From Podarcis bocagei (Eukaryota), in NCBI GenBank assembly GCA_964188305.1, contig OZ076892.1: a stretch of DNA of 64,000 nt. One strand, given 5' to 3'. Shown here in pieces: positions 53,286 through 64,000 of this stretch (position 1 is the first letter of the stretch; every line of letters begins with the position of its first letter). A program made the position numbers and the translations under genes. The notes under the pieces are model-generated. The model had not been told where the DNA came from. It saw only the letters and a list, made by a program, of their open reading frames with translations, and made no database searches.

Positions 53286-55101
53286 CTTCTGAAGCATCAC
53301 GGATAAAAAGCTATAGAGGCGACAGAAAAGGGGGGGGGAATTACAGATAAAATATAACAAATTAAAAGGAATAAGCAATGGTGTTAAAACAACCATAGAA
53401 GGAAAATTGGAAGTATTACAAATTTATGAAACCACTTTCTATAGAGCAAATTAGTGAAGAAGATTATTATAATGAACAAAATCACAAACATCATCGCCGT
53501 TACACTATGTACCTATATTTATTTTGCAGGTGTTGCTCTGTGGAATGTATTGCAAGGTTGACATCTTGAATAATTTGACACTGCTGCTTATTATGTGCCA
53601 TTGTGTATTGTTATGTAATGCTCATTAGAATGAATTATATAAGAGTTTTAATTTTTTGTATTTTAGGGATATTACGTTAAGTATTACATTCCATTGTTTA
53701 TTATGTTACTATGCTGTAAACCCCCTGTCACCTTTTGACTAAGGGCAGTAGATACGTTTCTTAAATAAATAAATAATATAATCATGTTTGACTAAGGCGT
53801 GTGCATGACACAATGCCATGGAAACATAAATAAGAGAGGGGGGGGGAGACCCAGTGCGTTTTTATGAAGTTTTTAACATTTCAATACTTAGAAGAAATTC
53901 AGGCTTTGGATATTTTGTGTTCTGACTTTTTGGATAGAGGGTATTTACAACTTTGGGAGGTGAGGGTGGGGGGTGGAAAACTAGATTTGCTCCAGCATAG
54001 CAAATGGTATAGCTTACAAGATGGTACATATTCAAATGGAAGGTCCACTATATAAAACTGGTGGTGAATTGGATCCAGGCTCATGCTTAATGTAGCCCAG
54101 TGAAATCAATAAGCGGTCAAGACTCAGTCAAGTCCCACTGACATCAATAGGTCTCAGCTGAGCATTAGTTACTCAAAAGCAAGTCCTATTGAATTCAATG
54201 CAGCTTACTCTCAGATAAATGAGGTTAGGATTACACCCTCAATCTGACCCAAGTCAGAAAGCAACAAGGCACATTCTGATGGCATTATGGGATTAGAGGT
54301 CTCTGAGGTGCCCAGGTGGTGGACCCTTTCTAATGCACCTGTTTGACCTGTCACAAATAAAAACAGCTCTGGCTGATTCAAAACAAGAGAAACTGACTCC
54401 CCCTCCTCCAGGCAATTAAAACATCCGCTTCATGCCATGGCCAGGCATGTTTTCAAATTGCTCTTGCGAATGTGATCATTCACATCGATTGAAAGAACAG
54501 GACACATCTCCTCTCTAATCCTACCAGAACGGGGATGCTCAACAGGCTGGCCAAACGTCCCTTGCCAGTGAATCAAGAGAGTGACTTAACGAGAACCCCA
54601 CTGCCTAATGACTCACTTTCTCCACCATTAATCCACTGGAAAATAACATTGTCGAAGCATAAACATCTCTCTGATCATCGCAACTAGTAGCCCAGCTGCA
54701 CATTGGCTTTTTATTTTCAATCTATCGGCAGGGGACCGCGGTCCTGCCACTTCAAGTCATCCTGCCCATTAACATTACCTCTTAATTACATGACATGCTT
54801 AACGCTTGGCGTCAAATGGGCTGTTAACCCTTCCCTGCATTAACGGCACGGCAGCCCAAAGTGTGTATGTTGCGAGGGAACTATACACACTACCATTTTT
54901 AAAACCCAGAGGCTGCTGGAAATAGAAAAGAATGTAAAGGACATAAGAAGCACCTGCTGGATCAGGCCAGTATCCCATCTAGTCCAGCAGCCTGTTCTCA
55001 CAATGGTCCATCAAATGGCCAACTTGTTCTCATTCTGATCCCTGCTAATTCAAACAGATTAGCAAGATCAAGATAGGTGGGGTGGTAGAACCAGTCAACT
55101 A

Positions 55102-55722
55102 CCGTATTTTTCGCTCTATAGGACGCAGTTTTTCCCCTTCAAAAATGAAGGGGAAATGTGTGTACGTCCTATGGAGCGAAGACGCCATAGCCCCGCGACC
55201 CTCTCCCGGCTGGAGAGGTGATGCGCGGCTATGGCAGGAACCTCTACAGCCCCGTGTCACCTCTCCAGCCGGGAGAGAGTGCGCGCGGGGCTAAAGCAGC
55301 CCCCCGCGACCCTCTCCCGGCTGGAGAGGTGACGCGCGGCTATGGCAGGAGCCTCTCCGCTGCGCCTTTCCGCTGCTCCCTGACCTGCTCTTTGGGACTG
55401 GTGGTGGGCTTCCCCCCCGCCAGCCCCAAAGAGCAGGTCGAAAGGAACCTGAAGCCTGGAGAGCGAGAGGGGTCAGTGCACACCGACCCCTCTCACTCTC
55501 CAGGCTTCCAAGGTAGCCACCTGAACGCACCTTAAACGGCACCTTGTTTTAGAGCGGGAAAACAAGAGGGGGAAAGTTCTCCCCCTCTCTGTGCAGCGCC
55601 TCCTGCCGCTTCACTGAAGGGGCACTGGGCAGAGAGGGGGAGAATTTTTTTTTCTTGTTCTCCCCCCTCTAAAACAAAGTGTGTCATATTGTCCGGTGCG
55701 TCCTATGGTGCGAAAAATACGG
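55102..55722. mobile_element. Tc1/mariner-superfamily non-autonomous element with GC-rich internal repeats
   Basis: TIRs ccgtatttttcgctctataggacgca / tgcgtcctatggtgcgaaaaatacgg with TA on both sides. Confidence 0.85.
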
Positions 55723-55840
55723 TACTACACTGCCAAAACTCTGTGCTAAGAAGCATCTCCCCTACGAGGTGCTCCTTGTGCTTGCCATCATGGGGTGACC
55801 ACTGTCTAGCAAGCTATAGCTATTTCTAGTAAATGTTGTA

Positions 55841-56200
55841 AAAGGTAAAGGTACCCCTGACCGTTAGGTCCAGTCGCAGACGACTCTGGGGTTGCGCGCT
55901 CATCTCGCTCTATAGGCCGAGGGAGCCGGCGTTTGTCCACAGACAGCTTCCAGGTCATGTGGCCAGCATGACTAAGCTGCTTCTGGCAAAACCAGAGCAG
56001 CACACAGAAACGCCGTTTACCTTCCCGCCGGAGTGGTACCTATTTATTTACTTGCACGTGATGTGCTTTCGAACTGCTAGGTGGGCAGGAGCAGGGACCG
56101 AGCAACAGGAGCTCACCCTGTTGTGGGGATTCGAACTGCGGACCTTCTGATCAGCAAGTCCTAGGCTCTGTGGTTTAGACCATAGCGCCACCCATGTCCC
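55841..56200 (-). mobile_element. Sauria SINE (Squam1), full length
   Basis: Degenerate TSD tagtaaatgttgta / tactaaatgctgta. Confidence 0.9.
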
Positions 56201-58290
56201 TACTAAATGCTGTACTCCATCCTAGAATGCCACTTTTTCTTCTCTTGTGTTTAGATCCACTTGCAGCTATTTCTGGACCAATTTACTCCTGACATGGAAT
56301 TCTTTCCATCACCATTTAACCATCTAAACTCAATGGAGATCACCGGGGTGAGGGTGGGGATTACGATGTAGCTCATATCAGCTCTTGAGCCAAAGAGGGG
56401 TCTTGTGACTTTTAATGGTACTGATGTCACAATTTTACAGGTATCGACAGAAGCACACCTTCCGCTACATGCATTAGCATCACAGAGCTAGGCTCCCGAC
56501 AGTGCAGGCCTCTAACGTAACCCGTTTCAGTCCAGTTCAAGGATGGAAACCAGAACATCAATCAGGCTACCCCAAAGAAATTGGAGGACTGTGTCATGTC
56601 ATATCAGATGAGCTCTGATTCATGAGATGGCAAACAAAACTTAGAGCTGCTGATCAATGTTTAGTGGGGCTGAGCTAGAAATGGAGCCCCCTCAGTGGGT
56701 TTAAAAGATAATGTACACAAGGCAGCCCAAGACCACTGCTAATCCGCCCCAGCCTCAAAGTCTGGAGTCATTTTCTGATGGCAGAACAAAGGTCAGTCAT
56801 GGAAAGAAGCCGCTCATTGTTTCATTTAGCACTGCCCTGCCGAAGGAACCTTGAATGGTATCATTCTGCTGTAGGAGGCAGCAAGGCTTTTCCTTTGCAT
56901 CTGCCTGCCTCACCACCACTAGGGCCACAAATTACCTGCATGTGGTAGCTCTGCAGCTTGACAGAACATCAGTCTGCTGACTGTAAATGCTTGTGGCAGA
57001 GCTTTGAACATGCTGACTTGAGAATATTCCTGAAGTAATTTATCCATTCTCCCCTCTTGTAATATTTATCATCTCCAGCCACCATTTGACCATCTAATTT
57101 ACAAGCCATTACCTGAAAGGAAAAGCAGCTGTAAGGTAACGATGTGCATTTATCATCTCTCTGGTGCAGTCCACTCTTTTATGCAGAGTATTCTCCAGTG
57201 ACACCCACCCCCATTGCCCCTTGTTTAGCTTGCATCACAGAATCCTTAAGAGCTCTCCCTGGGATTTCAATACCTATGAGCTCATGGCGAAGGGCTGCAG
57301 CTCCGTGGCAGGGTGTATCCTTTGAGTGCACAAGGCTCCATGTTCAGTACTCAGGCTCACCATTTACTCTTCTCGAGACCCTGAAGAGCAACTTCTGAGT
57401 TAGACGGTCTGACTCAGGAGATGGCAGCTTCATACAAGTGTGAGAAGGGATAATTCCTTTGTCAACTTGTAACTGCCAACCAGAATATTTGTAGTCCACC
57501 TTCTGGAGGGAAGGGGAAGTTGTTGGTTTGGGTGGAGTAAATTACTATGCCATAATTATTGTTGTTAGGCTCCCCCGCCACCAGAAATATGACAGGCAGG
57601 TGCCCAAGGCAGAGTGATTTCATTTCCTGTACCCAGGATTAAAGGTAGGCTCTGAACGGGGGAGCCCTTGGACTCACTCCTTGCTTTTGAATGGGAAGTG
57701 GAGACAGTCTGATTTCCGCTTTTACGGGGTTTTATTCTTAGTTTTTAGACTGCTTTAATTGATGTTATTTGATAGAGTCTTTCCTGTTTCATTATAGCCT
57801 GCGTACTTTCAACCCATCTGAAAGCTTTTGGATACTTTCTAGACAGGCAGGATGCAAATCTTTATAAAATGTAACAAAATAAAAAAGAGACCACAACACT
57901 TAGAACACACATACCTCTTTTGAATGTTCAGGGCACTTGGCAAGCATGGCATTGTTGCAACCATGCCAGGTAGGTTAGCATGAAATTGCTGGAAGAAGGC
58001 GGAAAGGCCACATGGCCACCCAGTGTGTTCATGGCAGAAGTGAGATTCAAAGCAGGGAAGTCTCAATTCATTGCTCAGTTTCTTGGCAACTTCAGTACAC
58101 TAGCTCAATAGCATGAAGCTTATCAGATCAAATTTAAGTGCTCAGATTCCATACCAGATACAGAGAACTCCAATGATATAGAACATGCATCAAAGCATCC
58201 TATACTCCTTGATACTGTGTTGGTAACCTTTGATAAGCCACAAGCTTCACTTCAGAAAACATCCCATACCTTTCTAAGCCATTTGTTATT

Positions 58291-58291
<1 letters not shown>

Positions 58292-58335
<44 letters not shown>
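58292..58335. repeat. (TAA)n microsatellite
   Basis: Seen directly. Confidence 0.95.
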
Positions 58336-60756
58336 CTATTTCTATTTCCAAAAAATGATATGTATAAATTGCAAAAAGATCTGATAGGAGAGTCCAAAAG
58401 AGATAACTGTTTAGACCTGGTGTGAGGAACATTTGGCTCTGCAGATGCTGCATAAATAAACTCCCATCAGCCCCCAGCAAGCATGGTCAATGGTCAGAGG
58501 TGATGGGAATTATAGTTCAGCAACTTCTGAAGCGCCAAAGGTTCCCCACAGCTGATTTGCCTCCTGCCCAAACGGCAAGGCGGTGTTTTTATTTACTGAT
58601 ACTTTTGTGTGTCACACCCTTCTTCCAATGAGATATGGACAGCATCTATGGGACATATACCACCAATTCCATTTTATCCCAATACTAACCCTGTGAAACA
58701 GGGGACACCAAGAGGTAGTGACTAGTCCAAGGTCAATCACAGATGAGTTTGATGGTAAGTCCCTACTGTTCTATTTCTACCTCTATTTGTGAATTTTTTA
58801 AATTGAAAGAACATCTAATGCATTTTGCCCTAAAATACATATTTGGTACACTTTTAACTTAAAATGAACCAGATTTATACCTTTTGGCACTTTTTAAAAC
58901 TCAGAACTTTATTACAACATTCAGAAAAATATGAAAAGCAACAAATACAATTACTAGGGGTACGCACAGACCAGAAGTAGTTCAAACTCCAATTTGGTGC
59001 TTTGGGAAGCAGCTCATCTCAGTTCAGAGCACTTTGGAGGCTGTCTAATACAGCCTGGAGTCTAAGGTAGAGTCTGCTTCAGAAAAAAAGCAAGGATCTC
59101 TCCCTGTCCCCTACATTTACTATTGAGAAATCAAAGAACAGCTGTAACTCCTTTCTTTTGACAGAAGTGGGTGAAGTTTGCAGGCATAATAGTCCCTCCA
59201 GAGTTGATGAAGTCTACCAAATTACAGGCAAAGAGGTCCTTGGCTTTTTGTGTTGGGCACCTTTAACACTTGGTTTTTAAAAACAGGGTGAAAGGCTCAT
59301 ATCCCCGACTAGGATCCTGATGTGGACCCTCCCCACCTCCCACTTCCTGCTATTTACTTTTAAAAACCATTCACACAGTCACTAACTGTGAGCACGACCT
59401 CACTCTAGTTTGGCTCTGAGGCAGCAGATAGCACACAGCCTGCCATTTCGTACGCATTGCAGCTGCTGAGATAAATTTTGCAGAATAATAGATTGCAGGA
59501 CAATTGTGTTTGTCCTAGTATATCTTTCATCCAAAGAACAAGCCCTCTGCTTTCAAATCAAGGGAAGGCAGCCAGTTGTAAAGTAAATGAATACAGCAGA
59601 TGGAAGGGAACCGCCAGCAAAGTATAATGGTGATGGGCTAGAGGTCCAGAGCCATGCAATCCTTGCTGGGAGGAAAAACAGGGTGTTAAAAGTGTGTATC
59701 TTGGCTAAAGTAGACCAGATGTTTGTCATGTAATGGCCTTGTGTGGCTGATTCCTTTTTAAAACAAACACCCAGTACAGAATTGGGTGTGGGCCTCGATT
59801 TGGATCAAGACTGTGGTTGGGGAAAGGAGATATTAATCCCTTAACCATGCATGCTACAGTCCCAGTTGGGATCTTGTCCTTGCCTGCTATTCACAATGGG
59901 AGGAAAGCTCTCAGTGGTGCCCACTGACTAGAAGATCCAGACTTGCAGGAAGCTCCCTGTCCACTAAAGTCCTCCTCATCATTGCTTCATCATGTGCTTT
60001 AGTGGGTTTACACAATCTGTCCTTGTGGCAAGCCTGCCTTTTTTTGGCTAGGAAATTTATATTGCTCCATAGTGTGTGGTGGGGGCGGGGGGCGGGGACA
60101 GCAAGCGGAAAACTCAAGGGTTTCAATGTGATCTCAGTACATGCCACAGGCTCACAAACCAGAAGACAACATTAAAATAACTTCAAAGAGATTGCTGCAT
60201 TTACATCTTATGATTTCTCTGGCACTGCAGGGCTTGGATGAGCCACTCTGCAAAAAAAAAGGACCTCCTAAGACTACAGATCAAAGAGAACAGTTTACTG
60301 TTCCCCCAGGGGCACTTTCAAAACAAGTCAGGATCTCCCAGGCCCAGAGAGTCCGCTGACCTTGTAGGGCAGGGCTTTGTCAACCTAGTCTTCTTCATGT
60401 GTCTTGGACTACAGTACAAGTCTCATCGGCCACAGTCCTGAACTGAATCCACCAACCAGAGCCAGTTGCAAAAGACACACAGTGAAAATTAAAAAGCAGG
60501 ATGTCTCTTAGGGTAGGAATTAATTTTCAGTACCAGAACTAATCTGAGCTCATGGCCCTTTCATAGAAACACCTACTCCTTCCTTGCAGCAGCTTAATTT
60601 AGGTGAAAAGTCATTTTGCTGTGACTGGTGTTGAAACAATTGGCACCCAGAAACCCTTGATTACTTACTGCAAATCAGCAAAAGATCTGAAGTAGATTCC
60701 GATCTATTTTCTACCCACCCTGTAGACCATCACAATGCAATGTCAGCATTGTGCAG

Positions 60757-61323
60757 TATTTATTTATTTATTGAATTTATATACTGCCCTATACCCGCAG
60801 GTCTCAGGGCGGTTCACAGAATAAAATCAAAATATAAAACCACAAAACACATAATCAAAATAAAAACAACAACCACCCAATAACCCCCCCACCCCCAAAC
60901 CCCACATTTTAAAAGGGCATAGGATGTCAATTAAATCAACCAAAGGCCTGGTTAAAAGGAATGTTTTTGCTTGGCACCTAAAGGTGTACAGTGGTACCTC
61001 GGGTTAAGAACTTAATTCGTTCCAGAGGTCTGTTCTTAACCTGAAACTGTTCTTAACCTGAGGTACCACTTTAGCTAATGGGGCCTCCTGCTGCCGCCAT
61101 ACTGCCGCCGCATGATTTCTGTTCTCATCCTGAAGCAAAGTTCTTAACCCGAGATACTATTTCTGGGTTAGTGGTGTCTGTAACCTGAAACGTCTGTAAC
61201 CCGATGTACCACTGTATAATGAAGGTGCCAGGCAAACGTCCCTGGAGAGAGGATTTCACAGACAGGGAGCCACTGCAGAGAAGGCCCGTTCTCGTGCTGC
61301 CACACTCTGGACCTCTCGAGGAG
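60757..61323 (-). mobile_element. L2-like LINE 3' end, interrupted by a MITE; same tail at 47745-47880 (+)
   Basis: (TTTA)n tail and gtctcagggcggttcacag. Sequence is continuous across the TA site at 60987/61215. Confidence 0.7.
60989..61214. mobile_element. Tc1/mariner (Tigger-like) MITE
   Basis: TA-cagtggtacctcggg...cccgatgtaccactg-TA. Confidence 0.85.
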
Positions 61324-61395
61324 TATTTCCTGCTTTCCCAAATGCACCCATGCCCAGTGATGTAAAATCAGTGAATTAACTTGAAATAGATTTTA

Positions 61396-61637
61396 CAGTG
61401 GTACCTCGGGTTAAGTACTTAATTCGTTCCGGAGGTCCATTCTTAACCTGAAACTGTTCTTAACCTGAAGCACCACTTTAGCTAATGGGGCCTCCTGCTG
61501 CTGCCACGCCACCGGAGCACGATTTCTGTTCTCATCCTGAAGCAAAGTTCTTAACCCGAGGTACTATTTCTGGGTTAGCGGAGTCTGTAACCTGAAGCAT
61601 ATGTAACCTGAAGCGTATGTAACACGAGGTATCACTG
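61396..61637. mobile_element. Tc1/mariner (Tigger-like) MITE
   Basis: TA-cagtggtacctcggg...cacgaggtatcactg-TA. Confidence 0.85.
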
Positions 61638-64000
61638 TATTTGTTTATTTATACTCCACTTTTTTGCCTGACAGGACTCAAGGCGACTTACAGATTTAAA
61701 CACAACTCATGGTGTGGAGAAAATGGATGGGGAGCTTTTGGCATAATACTGGATTGCAGTGGGACCATCCACTGAAGCTGAAGATGGAAACAATTCAGGA
61801 CAGACAACAGTTAACACAGCCCATGGTTGTGATGGCCGACAACTTGGGATGGCTTTAGAAAAGGATTAGATGAATTCATGGAGGATGAAGCTACCAATGG
61901 CTATTTGGCAGGATGTCTACATGTTACCTCCAGGGTCAGAGGCAGGAGGCCTCTCCAGGCCAATAGCTGGAAATCACAGTTGGGAAGAGTGCTGTTGTTG
62001 TCTGGTCTTGCTTGTGAGCTTCCCATGGGCATCTGGTTGGCCACTGTGAGAACAGGGTGTGGGACTAGGCGAGCCACTGGTCTGATCCAGCAGGACCCTC
62101 GTTATGTTCGTATGCTGCTGAAGAATGGGGTCTGAAAACTAGGTAAATACGCTCCTCCTAAATTACACTCTCTCTTGTCCTCAAATTTAGACAGAGGAGT
62201 GGGAAAGGGAGTAATGGTCACCCTTTGACTCTCCTCGTTTTAAAAGTAAAACAGTAAAATGTTAAAGAGCTCACCAGACTCATTCGACTCGGAAGAGGCA
62301 ACAAGGGAAACAAAACATTCTTTATGAGGAGATCAATACAGAAACGCATCCTTCATTTATCTACCAACGCTGAAGGAGCTGATTCTTCTCCATCTGAAAA
62401 ACAAACCGGGCACCACCCAAAAAAATAAAAATAAAACAGAGTGTGATCTTCCTTTTCTGCTGAGAGGCAGCACATGTCACATCGTCCTATCACATAGAGA
62501 AGCTCCGTGCCAGCCACAGTTGGGTACCAAGTCTGCTTCAGCACACAAAGGAGTCACTTGCTCATAGCTATCATACGGAACTGCAAAGTGGCATGGGTAA
62601 TTTAAAACAAAATTAAATAAACCAGTGCTTTATTATCTAACTGAGATATATATCAATAACTGTCCTGCTTTGTCACTTTTTATCTATCAGCATCACTCCT
62701 CACTATCTTGTTTGAGTTGCCATCATCCCTGAGCTAGAGGTGAACTATATAGGATGGGCTCTCCCCCCAATCCAGTGAGGACTGAGCAGACACAGTTGCC
62801 ATGGAATGTTAAGTGTCAGCTGAAAAAGAAATCTAGAAGGAGGGGTGGGGAGCAAATCTGTCTATTTCAGTTTTCCCTCAGTCTTAAGTTCAGTTCCCCA
62901 CATTTGCATAGCAGTTTGCAGATTTTCTTCTTACAAGTCCTTATGAAAATTCATTTGGTACTGATGTGAATTTCTCCTAATATATGCATTTTTGTGTGCA
63001 ATTTTGCCTAATCTGCCACATTTTTTGCAAAGCAATTTCCTGTAATGTAATGCATTTTGTATGTGTGGTTTGGTGTTTTTTTTGTTTTTTTTAATGAATA
63101 TATGCATTTTTGTAAAGGCTACACAGCACCATAAATTTCAGAGGAATGTGAATGTCAAAGGATGGCTGTTTCAGTTTGACTATTTTCCTCCTCTTGAATG
63201 TCCAAATTAGGTAGGTTCACTTTTAAATGAGAACTAAATTGAATTTTTCCTCTACCCCTAAGTATGTGTTTGTAAAGTCCTGCTTCAGTCCCCTACAGTT
63301 TACAGTATCGTGGAGGAAGGCATGGCTGACTGGCTGAAAACCTGAAAAGGAGCACTCCTGTTTGGGATTATGGTGATGGAACATTTTACTGCATGCCTCA
63401 GTGGTTACAGTCCCACCATCGTTTGTGTGCGTTGATTTCCACTGCCTTCCTTTCTTTCCTTGTTTCCTCACTAGACTTGTGGCTGCTCTCCATTCTTTCC
63501 ATAGTCACTGGTAGCCTTGGGCAGGGAGTCATTGCTGCCTTGGATTTTTCTGCGCCTTCTGTTTAATTGAATTCTCTTCCATATCTCCATAAGTGATTTT
63601 CCTCCCAGGCCTTTCCCTTCCTTCCTTCTCCGTTCATCCATGCATCATTCAGATGTTTCTAGCGAGCACCAGCTGCAGACATTAAGATTTCTTGAGCATC
63701 TTCTACATTTAGAAAACCACCAAGCAACTCAACCACACCAGCGATTGCTCCATGAGGCTTGAAGACTGATGCTTGGGAAGGTTTTTTCTTCCCTTTGTAA
63801 CAAAAACCTTCCTTGCAACAAAATGTGGAGGACTAGTTACCTTCTACAGAAAAATGTGACTCTACTACAGACTAAGGATAGAGAAATTCAATTTGGTTCG
63901 CATTTCAAGGCAAATCTATCACACTTTTCAAAACCATGTAAAAACAGAAATACAGCCATGCTTTAAAATTTGCACTTACCTGAAATCTGCTACACAGTTT

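Noticed and set aside
58286-58480. ORF with a poly-Tyr tail
   Set aside because: It is the translation of a (TAA)n microsatellite.

Overview
This is vertebrate genomic DNA from a squamate reptile, probably a lacertid lizard (inferred from Sauria/Squam1 SINEs plus CR1, L2, RTE and Penelope relics). The only host coding sequence I can support is a 142-bp minus-strand exon matching exon 3 of GNAO1 (G-alpha-o), at 11231-11372. The rest reads as GNAO1 intron 2 (11373-64000) and intron 3 (1-11230), densely filled with transposons. Most notable: (i) two Penelope-like insertions forming apparently perfect palindromes (629-bp and 73-bp arms) that carry minimal hammerhead-ribozyme motifs; (ii) two identical hammerhead motifs on the GNAO1 sense strand, one on each side of exon 3; (iii) a CpG-rich hAT-type element with an 8-bp TSD that may have captured a host coding fragment; (iv) several multi-layer nested insertions with readable TSDs; (v) a Gypsy gag relic. 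Family names come from pattern recognition only; no searches were run.
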